64,000 nt of DNA from Owenweeksia sp. TMED14 (GCA_949529985.1 CATIRS010000049.1:118367-182366); one strand, 5' to 3'. Numbered from the stretch's first letter, positions 11,672 through 21,310 are shown. The notes: generated by a model not told the origin, from the letters alone. A program made the numbers and translations.

Positions 11672-12773
11672 ATAGGTCTTGAACACGTTCAAAGAAACCT
11701 TTATCAGATTTCCCTGGATTAGGTTGAAAGTTTGAAGACTGGTTAAGATCTTCTAAAAGTGATTTTTCTTTACTCGTTACAGATTTTGGAGTCCACACGG
11801 AAACATGGACCAAAAGATCGCCAATGCCATAACCTTCTACACTAGGCAAACCTTTCCCTTTCAATCGCAAGGTTTTCCCACTTTGTGTACCAGAGTCAAT
11901 TTTCATCCGAACTTTTCCATTTACACTTGGAATCTCAACAGTTGTGCCTAACGCTGCATCCGGAAAAGAAACATACAATTCGAAATGCAAATGTTGTCCT
12001 TCTCTAATTAATGAATCGTGCGTTTCTTCTTCAATTGATACGATAAGGTCACCAGCTCCACTTCCTCCCGGACCATGATTACCTTTGTTAGCAACTCGTA
12101 ATTGCATTCCATCTTGAACACCAGGAGGAATTTTTACGTTTACTACCTCTTCAACCCTCTCGAGACCGTCCGCACCCACTCCATCTGGCCTTTGGTTAAT
12201 CATTTTCCCAGATCCATTACAACCGCTACAGGCACTTGCAGTGCGCATCTGACCAAGAATAGTATTTTGAACTCGAGATATCTGACCTGAACCATTACAA
12301 ACAGTACAAGTTTTGAATGTTAAACCATCTGCAGGTACGGCTCTGCGAATTTTAATCTTTTTTTCAACACCAGCAGAGATATCAGCTAAGTTTAGCTTTA
12401 CACGAACCCTTAAATTGGCACCACGAAGCGCGCCACCTCTACTATTTCCACCAAAGCCACCAAAGCCACTACCTCCAAAAACATCACCAAAATGACTGAA
12501 TATGTCGTCCATGTTCATCCCACCTCCAGAACCGCCAGATCCAGGACCAAAAGCTTGATGACCAAATTGATCATATTTTTGCTTTTTCTCTGAGTTCGAT
12601 AAAACTTCATAGGCTTCAGCAGCCTCTTTAAACTTGTCTTCAGCTGCATCATCACCAGGATTCTTATCTGGATGAAATTTAATTGCTAATTTTCTATAGG
12701 CTTTTTTAATCTCATCCCCGGATGATGACTTGTTAACACCCAATACTTCGTAAAAATCTCGTTTTTGTCCCAT
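11664..12773 (-). CDS. dnaJ: Molecular chaperone DnaJ
   Basis: 369 aa. J domain with HPDKNPGD, a G/F-rich linker, and CxxCxGxG zinc-finger repeats ([16 protein letters not shown]). Confidence 0.95.
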   Translation of the reverse strand: MGQKRDFYEVLGVNKSSSGDEIKKAYRKLAIKFHPDKNPGDDAAEDKFKEAAEAYEVLSNSEKKQKYDQFGHQAFGPGSGGSGGGMNMDDIFSHFGDVFGGSGFGGFGGNSRGGALRGANLRVRVKLNLADISAGVEKKIKIRRAVPADGLTFKTCTVCNGSGQISRVQNTILGQMRTASACSGCNGSGKMINQRPDGVGADGLERVEEVVNVKIPPGVQDGMQLRVANKGNHGPGGSGAGDLIVSIEEETHDSLIREGQHLHFELYVSFPDAALGTTVEIPSVNGKVRMKIDSGTQSGKTLRLKGKGLPSVEGYGIGDLLVHVSVWTPKSVTSKEKSLLEDLNQSSNFQPNPGKSDKGFFERVQDLFN

Positions 12774-12775
12774 AA

Positions 12776-13318
12776 TTATTTTGCACTATCTGCCACTACG
12801 ACTTTAGCGTAACGAATTATTTTCGAGCCCAACATATAACCCTTCTCAACTTCGTCGATGACATTTCCTTGCATCTCTGCAGAAGGAGCCGGAATAGTAG
12901 TTATAGCTTCCATAGTTTCCACATCTAAAGGCAAACCAATAGTAGAATCCATAGGATTTAATCCTTGAATCTTTAGAATGCTCGTGAGTTTTGCATAAAT
13001 TAAGTCTAAGCCTTCTCTTTCTTTAGAATCCTCCGAAAAGTTTCTCAATGCTCGCTCAAAGTCATCTACAACAGGTAAAATCACTTTAATCACCTTCTCA
13101 CTGGCAGTCGTCATAAGATCAAGTCTCTCTCGGGCATTCCTTTTTCGGAAATTTTCGAACTCAGCATATAATCTGAGATTTTGATCCTTAAGCTCATGTA
13201 TCTGTTCCTCGGGAGAAATTAAAGCAGTCTCTTCAACTTTTGAATCTAATATTTCATTCTCGATTTTCGGATCTTCTATCTCTTTTTCTTTATCCGATGT
13301 TTTTTTTGCTTTTGCCAT
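12776..13318 (-). CDS. grpE: Nucleotide exchange factor GrpE
   Basis: 180 aa. [13 protein letters not shown] motif, directly upstream of dnaJ. Confidence 0.93.
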   Translation of the reverse strand: MAKAKKTSDKEKEIEDPKIENEILDSKVEETALISPEEQIHELKDQNLRLYAEFENFRKRNARERLDLMTTASEKVIKVILPVVDDFERALRNFSEDSKEREGLDLIYAKLTSILKIQGLNPMDSTIGLPLDVETMEAITTIPAPSAEMQGNVIDEVEKGYMLGSKIIRYAKVVVADSAK

Positions 13319-13348
13319 GGTGGGATCAAATATCTATTGGCGAAAAAG

Positions 13349-13398
13349 CAAACAGTCTGCCAAAAACAACTAAGTGTCATATTGGCAGAGTTTTTGCT
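13349..13398 (-). terminator. Long imperfect inverted repeat: intrinsic terminator of the thioredoxin gene and/or a control element upstream of grpE
   Basis: On the plus strand, GCAAACAGTCTGCCAA, 17 nt, then TTGGCAGAGTTTTTGC (14 of 16 arm positions complementary). On the minus-strand transcript the hairpin is followed by UUUUUCGCC. It sits between the stop at 13409 and the grpE start at 13318. Confidence 0.4.
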
Positions 13399-13408
13399 CT
13401 GAAAAAAC

Positions 13409-13960
13409 TTACTTCTGAAGTGATTTGAGGGCATTTTCTAGCCCGGGCCCACGGAGTCCTTTAGCAATTATTTTTCCTTTACCATCGACAAGGAAAGTCA
13501 TGGGCACAGAGTTGACTCCATAAATGGCAGCACCTTGAGCTTTCCAGCCACGAAGATCGCTTACGTGATTAGGCCATATCAAGCCATCCTGAGAAATACC
13601 CTTTATCCAACGATCCTTAGATTGGTCGAGGCTAACAGAAAATATTTCGAAACCTTTTCCAACACTAAATTTCTTATTCTTAAAGTTGTTATAAGTACGA
13701 ACAACATTTGGGTTTTCTCTACGACATGGGCCACACCAGGATGCCCAAAAATCAATCAGAACCAACTTGCCTTTAAGATCACTTAATTTCATAATCTCTC
13801 CTTCTGGATTAGAAAAAGCCAATTCAGGAGCCTGGTCCCCAATTTTAATATTAGCCCTTTGATCAAAACTTATTTCACTTGGCCTTGCAGAGTTAATATG
13901 ATAACTAGAACTTACCAAAGAAACTATTGATATTACGATTAAAAATACTTTTACTTTCAT
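13409..13960 (-). CDS. TlpA/ResA-like periplasmic thiol:disulfide oxidoreductase (thioredoxin fold)
   Basis: WASWCGPCRRE CxxC motif. Signal-peptide-like start MKVKVFLIVISIVSLVSS at the ATG 13958-13960. The ORF-track extension to 14044 overlaps the upstream gene and looks spurious. Confidence 0.85.
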   Translation of the reverse strand: MKVKVFLIVISIVSLVSSSYHINSARPSEISFDQRANIKIGDQAPELAFSNPEGEIMKLSDLKGKLVLIDFWASWCGPCRRENPNVVRTYNNFKNKKFSVGKGFEIFSVSLDQSKDRWIKGISQDGLIWPNHVSDLRGWKAQGAAIYGVNSVPMTFLVDGKGKIIAKGLRGPGLENALKSLQK

Positions 13961-13986
13961 AACATTTAAAGTTGAATAATTAGACT

Positions 13987-15906
13987 TTATAAACCTCTCC
14001 CAATAATAGTAATCGGTCCAGAATATCTTAGTTCTTTCCCACATTGCAGGAGAATATAATATGTAGCTGGCGGCAAATGGTTTCCATTGGAATTAACTCC
14101 TGTCCAAGTATCATTATAATTTTCTTGTTGATATACCTGACCACCCCAACGATTTAAAACTCGAAGGGTACAAGATTCTCCGAAAGAGACTTCAGATAAA
14201 TCAAGAACATCGTTGATCCCATCTGCATTAGCTGTAATTACATTTTGAACATTTGAAAAATCTGGTGCATTCAGTTCAGGTAGCCAATAGATCATTACCG
14301 TATCAATACCCTTACAACCCAATTCATCAGTTACAATAGCAAAGTATGTCGTGGAATCCTCGTATTGCCATGACTGTGGATCTTGACGGCGAGGATTATT
14401 AAAATAAACAGGCTTATCTGAAAACCATTCATAAAAAGAACCAAATGTTACATCTAAATAAGCAGTATCGTTACGCACGATAGAAGTATCGTTTCCAGCG
14501 TCAATGTTCACTGACCATTGGACAACAGATATGGTGTCATACACGGTGTCTGGACATAAAAGGGATGATACAATCATTTGAACCGTATAGTCGCCTGGGA
14601 TTGACCAGGAGACAGAGGGGACACTATCCCCTGTCGCTCCAAATGTATTCGAGAGATTGCCAAAATTCCATTCAAAACTGGCGTCAATTGGTGTAGAACC
14701 CTCCGCATAAAAAAGAAGATTTTGGGCCTCAAAACAAGATTCTCCAGAATATTTAATCAAGTAATCGGGTTCATCATAAATATTAAATACCTCAAAAACT
14801 GTATCCGTACAAACAAGACCTGGATTAATGACTAACATCACAGTATAAAGACCTGTATCTGAATATGTATAAGAAGGAGAAGGAGAAGAACTAGAATCTA
14901 AGGTTGTCGTTGTATCTCCGAAGTCCCACAAATAAGAAATAGCACCCGAAGTTTGAGCCTGAAAAGACATTGTTTTTCCCGTACACAACAAACTAGGCTT
15001 TTCGATTTGCGTTAACATATCTGCGACTACATTACTTATACAGCTCGTTATATTAAACTGATAATCACGGCGAACCTTTGAAAGAAGTACTCCATTCTCA
15101 TATTCAGAAACACAGATCCCCACAACGAATTGCCCCGTAGTATTTGCCGAGCCAGTGATAAAGCCAGTATTTGGGTTTATTGACAAAGCAGGATTCCCAG
15201 GAATGGGCATAGAACTCGTTTGGGGGAGAATGAAAGGGATGATAGTGTAAGGAGGTGAATCAGCAGTTGCCGGTGAAGGGTTAAATGACGCACCCCCATT
15301 TAGAATATCGCAAAACTCATAAAATAAAGAATCGCCATTTGAATCAATTGCAGAAGCATCAATATTTAGCGCATCCGACTTACAAAGAACTATTGGAGGA
15401 ACTGTTGAGAATTGAGGAGTGCTGTTACAATTATCCATTGAAGGCACCTGAATGGTATAAGTATTTCCTTTACCTGATGAAGCAATATTCGCAATTGTCG
15501 CGTTTCTACAACATCGTTGATATGAAATTGTGTAACCACCTGAACGAGCAGGAAGATTCATTGTATGAACATACTCTGCATATTCCGTACATATATTTGG
15601 TGGAATTGTCAAACAAGGATTACCTGTTGCTGTTGGAACTTGAATAGTAGCTCCTTTAGAAACAGATGGATTAAATAGAACATTACCCTGGTCATCGAAA
15701 ACGGTGAAGTTAACATTTGCGTCAAATGATGCTCCACCGCCATTACAATCCCTGTAAATACGAAGTTTTATTTGATAATTATTACTACCTGCACAAGTAT
15801 AAGTAATCTCTCCACCTACCAAATGAGCAGCATTTAATTCATTACATACTGTAAACGTTCCAAAAAATAAAAATCCTAGAACTAGTGATCTTAATTTACC
15901 AAGCAT
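13987..15906 (-). CDS. Secreted T9SS cargo protein: Cys-rich AHLVGGEITY N-terminal module, PKD-like domain and type-B (gliding-motility-associated, CHU_C-like) C-terminal sorting domain
   Basis: 639 aa with a signal peptide. WDFGD PKD-like motif. C-terminus NVITANADGINDVLDLSEV...LNRWGGQVY...LPPATYYILL matches the gliding-motility C-terminal domain pattern. Confidence 0.85.
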   Translation of the reverse strand: MLGKLRSLVLGFLFFGTFTVCNELNAAHLVGGEITYTCAGSNNYQIKLRIYRDCNGGGASFDANVNFTVFDDQGNVLFNPSVSKGATIQVPTATGNPCLTIPPNICTEYAEYVHTMNLPARSGGYTISYQRCCRNATIANIASSGKGNTYTIQVPSMDNCNSTPQFSTVPPIVLCKSDALNIDASAIDSNGDSLFYEFCDILNGGASFNPSPATADSPPYTIIPFILPQTSSMPIPGNPALSINPNTGFITGSANTTGQFVVGICVSEYENGVLLSKVRRDYQFNITSCISNVVADMLTQIEKPSLLCTGKTMSFQAQTSGAISYLWDFGDTTTTLDSSSSPSPSYTYSDTGLYTVMLVINPGLVCTDTVFEVFNIYDEPDYLIKYSGESCFEAQNLLFYAEGSTPIDASFEWNFGNLSNTFGATGDSVPSVSWSIPGDYTVQMIVSSLLCPDTVYDTISVVQWSVNIDAGNDTSIVRNDTAYLDVTFGSFYEWFSDKPVYFNNPRRQDPQSWQYEDSTTYFAIVTDELGCKGIDTVMIYWLPELNAPDFSNVQNVITANADGINDVLDLSEVSFGESCTLRVLNRWGGQVYQQENYNDTWTGVNSNGNHLPPATYYILLQCGKELRYSGPITIIGRGL

Positions 15907-15912
15907 ATCCTT

Positions 15913-17364
15913 TTATTGAACTACTTTGATCCATAGCTTCCCGGAATACTGTCCACGTAGACCCGAAGATCTAGCCGCATCAGCTTTTTGATAACTAGGA
16001 AATTTCATTAGATAGACATAAAACATATTGTTTCTTGAATCTCTAAATACATTGGCTTGAATTCCTTTATTAGCCAGCTTTTTCGCCATACGATTTGCAT
16101 TGCTCGATTCACCATATACTCCTGCAGTAACATAGTATCCAGAAGAACCAGGAGTTACATTATTTGCATAATTCTCATTGCGATACCCACGAATAACTCC
16201 TTCATTTTGAGTTGAATTCGATGTATTCCAATCCTGAGAATCATTCATATTTGACTCTTCTTTGTTTGGGCTACTCTTTCTACCTGCAGCCTGGAACTTA
16301 AAACCTTCCTTCTGCATTTCCTCTTTTTGCTTCTCTAATTCAACTTTTTGGGAAGCACCTAATTCATCTTTAAATTCTTCGAGTCTTTCGTTTAGCAATT
16401 TCTCTGTTTCTTTGGATGATTGTCTTTGCTTATCCTTCAACCGTTTTACTTCTGCCTCAAGTCGAGAATTTCGCTTATTATCACCGAATTTAAAAGACAA
16501 CATGAACTCATTAGACATTCCAAGAGATGAGGCAAATGCATTAGTACTGAATTCATGAGAATAACCGACTGTTAATATTGGTGTTAAATGAACCCCTGTA
16601 TTTAAAGTCGCCGCATAATTACTCCTGTACATTGCGCCCATGTATCCGTACTCCTTCATATTAAACATCAAACCAGCATCGATCTGAGGGGCTACAAAAG
16701 ATGCAGCACGAACTGTGACTAGTGGGCTCAGAATCATTCTATCCTTCTGGATTTTTAAATCATATTGAGTGCTAGCAACATAGTGCCTAATTAAATGATA
16801 AGCCACTGGGCCAGCATAATTATTAGAATACTTAATCGTTGGGTTTAAAAGCTGCGGAACACTCAATCCTAGTCTAAAGTCACTCACCTTAAGATTTACA
16901 CCTATGTTCATATCTAAAGTGCCATTTTGATTTGTTGGAAATAGAAATGGATCTCCTTCATTTTTTACACGAACACTAGCCATGTCAAACGAATTATTTA
17001 AGTATCCGAGACCCAATCCAAAACTTAAAACAGAATTTTCATTTAATTGGGCATGATATGCATAATTGCCATAAATGCCTGAGCGAGAAACAATATCCGT
17101 TACATCATTAAAAGCATAAACTGAGTAACCTATTCTTTCTTTATTCAGAGCGCCATTGAAAACCAAAGCCGAGGTTTCTGGAGCTCCTTCCATTCCTTGC
17201 CACTGCTGTCTGTTCATCGTTGTCAAGGAACTAAACCCATCGGCCCCAGACATCGCAGGATTCGTTATTTGAGGAGTGAAGAAATAGGATGCGTAAAGGG
17301 GTAGTTGCTGGGCTTGAACAGAAGTCAGGCCAAAAACCATTAAAAATAGAAGTGTCTTTTTCAT
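15913..17364 (-). CDS. PorP/SprF-family T9SS outer-membrane protein fused to a coiled-coil linker and a C-terminal SPOR domain
   Basis: 483 aa with signal peptide MKKTLLFLMVFGLTSVQAQQ. The LPLYASYFFTPQITNPAMSG start is typical of PorP/SprF barrels. It has a K/E-rich heptad-like stretch (residues about 296-360). The C-terminus GYYVTAGVYGESSNANRMAKKLANKGIQANVF...FYVYLMKFPSYQKADAA...GKLWIKVV looks like a SPOR domain. Confidence 0.8.
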   Translation of the reverse strand: MKKTLLFLMVFGLTSVQAQQLPLYASYFFTPQITNPAMSGADGFSSLTTMNRQQWQGMEGAPETSALVFNGALNKERIGYSVYAFNDVTDIVSRSGIYGNYAYHAQLNENSVLSFGLGLGYLNNSFDMASVRVKNEGDPFLFPTNQNGTLDMNIGVNLKVSDFRLGLSVPQLLNPTIKYSNNYAGPVAYHLIRHYVASTQYDLKIQKDRMILSPLVTVRAASFVAPQIDAGLMFNMKEYGYMGAMYRSNYAATLNTGVHLTPILTVGYSHEFSTNAFASSLGMSNEFMLSFKFGDNKRNSRLEAEVKRLKDKQRQSSKETEKLLNERLEEFKDELGASQKVELEKQKEEMQKEGFKFQAAGRKSSPNKEESNMNDSQDWNTSNSTQNEGVIRGYRNENYANNVTPGSSGYYVTAGVYGESSNANRMAKKLANKGIQANVFRDSRNNMFYVYLMKFPSYQKADAARSSGLRGQYSGKLWIKVVQ

Positions 17365-17379
17365 AATTGCTTTGAACTT

Positions 17380-19443
17380 TTAATTGTTGCGAATTACAGT
17401 TATTGCTCCTCGAAATCTTCCTACATCATTACCATTACACAGCAATAAATAATAATAAGTGCCATCTGGCAATGGATCGCCTCCAATAGTTGTTCCATCC
17501 CATCCAGTTGTATACTTTTTCTGTTCGAAAACTTTAGCTCCCCAACGATTGAGGATAAGTATATTACATGAATCTGATTGAACAACCTCTGAAAGATCGA
17601 AAAAATCGTTAAAACCGTCTCCATTGGGAGTAATAACATTCATAACATTGTCCAAATTTGAATCTAACGTTGCCGGGTCAAATTGAATAACAAGCATCGA
17701 ATCAATACCAAAGCAGCCAAATGAGCTTCTTACCTCAACAAAGTATTTTGTGGTATCTGATGTTGGTCTAGTAAGAGTTGAAGAATTACTAGGGTCACTA
17801 AAATAAACTGGCTTGTCGGCATACCAATAATAAGAAGTTCCACCGCTTGCTCCCAACTGAACTACCTCTCCTGGCATGACTGTTTGATCGACTCCTGCAT
17901 TGGGGACTATTATGATTTCAGTAATTTGAATGGTGTCAAAGCTGGTACAGTTATTCAATCCAGTAGCTTGAACAGTATAAACACCTGAATCTTTAGCATA
18001 AAATGAACTACCAGTGTAACTCCCTGAAGACCATATCCACTGATACGTTAAACCTGTTCCTGTGACTCCAATAAGAATAGAATCTCCAGCACATAAGCCT
18101 AGACTATCTTTTGGAGCGACATTAACAACTGGCAATGGAATCAAATTAACCTGCAGGGGGCCTGTAGTCCAAGTACAGGCCTTACTATCGACAACAAGGC
18201 GATACTGGGCTGATCCAGAAATCAGAGCAGTGTCAACGGTCAATTCAAAGGTTGTGTCTTTTGGCAATTGCTGCCAAATGCCCGAGGCAATTGGATACAT
18301 TACTTCCCACTGATAATTCCAATCGTTGAGGAAAGATTGATGATGCGCACGCAATAAAGTAGAATCACCCGGACAAATGTCTAGGGATGCAACTGTTTGA
18401 CCCGCCCACATGATATTTTCAATATAGGTGTCAGGAACAGTATCAACGAAAACCTCTACTGCAAAACTCGTGTCCGGACACCCCCCTGGGTTCCAGGAAG
18501 TTACTAAAGAGTATTTACCAGAAGTTCCTGTTGTAAAATTGGCGCTTATTTCTCCTGAAATAGCAATAGGATAATGGGTCATGAACATATCTACGGTATC
18601 CTTAAGCCACTGATATGAAACAGAAACACCAGAACCCGAGGGCAATGGCCCCCTTAACATTATACTTTCGGATTCACAAAACTGTAATGAATCAATCTGA
18701 GCATCCTTGTCTAGGACAGAAAGTGTAAACATCCCCGTAGGAACATGAGTGATTGAAGTAGTAGGGGCAAACGCATTAATGGTTGTATCAGTTGTAGATA
18801 GAGAACAAATACCAGAACTTCCGATTACGCCATAGTCTCCGCTAGTTGTTACGATTAAAGAGTCCGAAGTAGCTCCTGCGATAATAACACCAGAAGATGT
18901 CCATTGATATGAATTTAAACCCTCGTTTGCATGAATGACAATGGTATCTCCCTCACACATACCCCAATCATTGCCAGAAGTGTGAAGATTCACAAAACCA
19001 CCAACGATAGTATCAATAAAAACGACAGGAGCCACATTGACACTCATTTGAATTGTATCTGACCAAAGGCCAGGACTTGTAGATCTAATTACTAAGCCAT
19101 ATGAAGCATTTTGCGTGATTGTTGATGGAACAACCACCCAAACATATTTGAGGCCAGCCGAAATAGTATCAGCTAAAGTTCCAACAGGTGAAGGAGTTAC
19201 AGATTCCCATTTTACTATGGGTAATGTATCACTAGAGGCAGAAGCAAATGCGCCTACAGACATCATTACATGAAAGTCATTTGCTGGATTTACACCGGGT
19301 GCAGCTATTGTGAGTGTTAGCTTTAGCGAATCACCTGTACACTTAGAAAGATTAGGGACCTGTTGTAAACTCAAAGATTGAGAATTAGCCAAAAATGAAA
19401 TTGAGAGTCCGAAGGCTATTGCTATTAAACGCACATGTAACAT
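17380..19443 (-). CDS. Secreted T9SS cargo protein with tandem Ig-like CxGDS repeats and a type-B C-terminal sorting domain
   Basis: The likely start is the ATG at 19441-19443 (MLHVRLIAIAFGLSISFLANSQS signal peptide); the ORF-track extension to 19527 is probably spurious. It has repeated C(T/E/P/A)GDS-hydrophobic motifs. C-terminus NVITPNGDGFNDFFDLSEV...LNRWGAKVF...LPDGTYYYLL. Confidence 0.85.
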   Translation of the reverse strand: MLHVRLIAIAFGLSISFLANSQSLSLQQVPNLSKCTGDSLKLTLTIAAPGVNPANDFHVMMSVGAFASASSDTLPIVKWESVTPSPVGTLADTISAGLKYVWVVVPSTITQNASYGLVIRSTSPGLWSDTIQMSVNVAPVVFIDTIVGGFVNLHTSGNDWGMCEGDTIVIHANEGLNSYQWTSSGVIIAGATSDSLIVTTSGDYGVIGSSGICSLSTTDTTINAFAPTTSITHVPTGMFTLSVLDKDAQIDSLQFCESESIMLRGPLPSGSGVSVSYQWLKDTVDMFMTHYPIAISGEISANFTTGTSGKYSLVTSWNPGGCPDTSFAVEVFVDTVPDTYIENIMWAGQTVASLDICPGDSTLLRAHHQSFLNDWNYQWEVMYPIASGIWQQLPKDTTFELTVDTALISGSAQYRLVVDSKACTWTTGPLQVNLIPLPVVNVAPKDSLGLCAGDSILIGVTGTGLTYQWIWSSGSYTGSSFYAKDSGVYTVQATGLNNCTSFDTIQITEIIIVPNAGVDQTVMPGEVVQLGASGGTSYYWYADKPVYFSDPSNSSTLTRPTSDTTKYFVEVRSSFGCFGIDSMLVIQFDPATLDSNLDNVMNVITPNGDGFNDFFDLSEVVQSDSCNILILNRWGAKVFEQKKYTTGWDGTTIGGDPLPDGTYYYLLLCNGNDVGRFRGAITVIRNN

Positions 19444-19609
19444 GTAACTAAGATTCGTTAATATATTCTTTTTGTAAATATAGGCATGCAACTTACATGC
19501 CAAATGGTTTGTTAACGTAAAAGACAATAAATATTGAGTTTTATTTCATCTTTGCTTAAATAGTAGCGTTACCAAATTTTGATTTTCAAATTAAAAACTA
19601 AGAAGCCAG

Positions 19610-19972
19610 ATGAATAAACACACCATAATTCAGAGTTTTAAATTCGCCATCAATGGTTTTATTGTTGCCGCTTTTACAGAAAGAAATCTCAAACTACATC
19701 TGTTATCCGCAATCACAGTAATTATTGCAGGTGTTTTTTTCCAAATTTCTTTAGCAGAGTGGAATTCCGTTGTAATTGCAATCAGCCTAGTCTTTATAAG
19801 TGAGTTATTTAACACATCCATTGAAACTTTATCAGATACTCTGCATCCTGAAATACATAAAGGAATTCAACACACAAAAGATATAGCTGCCAGCGCAGTA
19901 GTATTTGCATCTCTTTGTTCCCTGACAATAGGTGTAATCATTTTTGGACCTCACTTATTAAACTATTTCTGA
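19610..19972 (+). CDS. dgkA: Diacylglycerol kinase family (DgkA / undecaprenol kinase-like) membrane protein
   Basis: 120 aa with three hydrophobic helices. SFKFAINGF, ERNLKLH, SELFNTSIE and KDIAASAV motifs are typical of prokaryotic DgkA. Confidence 0.85.
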   Translation: MNKHTIIQSFKFAINGFIVAAFTERNLKLHLLSAITVIIAGVFFQISLAEWNSVVIAISLVFISELFNTSIETLSDTLHPEIHKGIQHTKDIAASAVVFASLCSLTIGVIIFGPHLLNYF

Positions 19973-20056
19973 AACGAAATAACTCATTTATGAGGATTGT
20001 TTTGGGTTTAAAAAAAGAGTATTACACCCTAAATTCGACTCCTCAAAACTTGAATT

Positions 20057-21310
20057 TTATTGATTATAACGAATCGCTTCTACGGGATCTAATCTTGCAG
20101 CCATAGAGGCAGGTGCTACTCCTGAAACGAGACCAATAAAAGCGGATAGGGCGAGGCCCGTTATTATATTTTCTAGGCTCAAAACCAAATCAAACCCTGA
20201 AACCGAGGCTGCAGAATAGATTAAAATTGCAACAAAAAAAAGGCCAGTAATCCCACCTAAGATGCTTAAAAGAGTACTCTCTACCAAAAATTGCAATAAA
20301 ATAAATGAGCTTTTTGCACCGAGTGCCTTTTGAATTCCAATTTGACCTGTACGCTCTCGAACACTGACAAACATAATGTTAGCAATTCCAAAACCCCCGA
20401 CCAGAATAGAAAAACCACCGATAAATGTTCCTGCCAAGCTTATTGCTTGGAACATAGTATCTAAACCCGAACTAATAACTGAAGATTCATTAAGTGAAAA
20501 ATTATCATCAGCAATTGGAGTCAATCGCCGAATCGCTCGCATATTCATTCTAACTTCGTCCTTTAATGCTTCCAATGATTGATCTGGACGAGCTTTCATT
20601 TGAATAGCAGAACCAGATAACGCACTTCCTTCTATTAGAGCCATGAGTGATGCAGGAATCAGCATTTTAGTATCATGACTTTCTCCTAACATACTTGAAC
20701 CTTCTCTTGGCAAAACCCCTATTACAGTAAACTTTCGGCCCAATGCATTAACTATTCGACCAATTGGATCTCGCTCTCCAAAAAGCCCAACCGCTAATTC
20801 CGACCCCAGGAGGCACACCTTTCTACCAATTCTATTTTCCTTTTCAGAAAAATATCTACCTAATTCTATTTGAAGTAATGACAACAACCCGTACTGATAT
20901 GTCACACCTCGAATTTCAGCATTTTCAATATTTGAATTTCCAAACTTGATTGTTCTCCTAACTCCATTTATAAATGAAATATACTCTGCACCGTCCAGTC
21001 CACGATCTACAAGACGATTATATTCTTTTAGACTAACCTCAGGCCGTTGAAAATATTTCCACCATGGATATTCGCCTTGCCCTGCGCCCCAAGGCCATTT
21101 TTGAACATAAACGACATCATTACCCAAGCCCTCCACACTTTGCCGAATATTTCTCTCTAGACTGTCTACTATTGCGTAAACAGAGATAATTGAAAATATC
21201 CCAATCGCTATCCCTAGAAGACTTAAAATTGTGCGTAATCGATTGTTTATTAATACATTAATAGAAAATCGAAAAGATTCCGAAATAAGAGTTAAAAATT
21301 TCCACATCAC
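20057..21310 (-). CDS. ABC transporter permease, FtsX/MacB-like
   Basis: 417 aa. It has an N-terminal TM helix, a large periplasmic domain and a C-terminal FtsX-type 3-TM bundle (RERTGQIGIQKALGA motif). No adjacent ATPase gene is present. Confidence 0.85.
   Translation of the reverse strand: MMWKFLTLISESFRFSINVLINNRLRTILSLLGIAIGIFSIISVYAIVDSLERNIRQSVEGLGNDVVYVQKWPWGAGQGEYPWWKYFQRPEVSLKEYNRLVDRGLDGAEYISFINGVRRTIKFGNSNIENAEIRGVTYQYGLLSLLQIELGRYFSEKENRIGRKVCLLGSELAVGLFGERDPIGRIVNALGRKFTVIGVLPREGSSMLGESHDTKMLIPASLMALIEGSALSGSAIQMKARPDQSLEALKDEVRMNMRAIRRLTPIADDNFSLNESSVISSGLDTMFQAISLAGTFIGGFSILVGGFGIANIMFVSVRERTGQIGIQKALGAKSSFILLQFLVESTLLSILGGITGLFFVAILIYSAASVSGFDLVLSLENIITGLALSAFIGLVSGVAPASMAARLDPVEAIRYNQ

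Noticed and set aside
13319-13408. Looked for a CIRCE element (TTAGCACTC-N9-GAGTGCTAA) upstream of grpE.
   Set aside because: There is no match. The inverted repeat present has different arm sequences and a 17-nt spacer, so it is reported separately as a terminator or unknown element.
13961-14044. N-terminal extensions in the ORF track. Affected genes are the thioredoxin (to 14044), cargo (to 19527), purH (from 21331), the regulator (from 40884), adk (to 50351), fumC (from 51762), recX (to 59498) and the barrel (to 35383).
   Set aside because: In each case an internal ATG gives the conserved family N-terminus or a proper signal peptide. The extension either overlaps the neighbouring gene, runs through a terminator hairpin, or starts at a non-ATG codon.
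15285-15647. 120-aa ORF antisense in the T9SS cargo gene. The same class includes 8530..8877, 26697..27041, 16262..16558, 18062..18313 and 36476..37653.
   Set aside because: All lie inside longer ORFs with clear domain content on the other strand. None has motifs or plausible signals.
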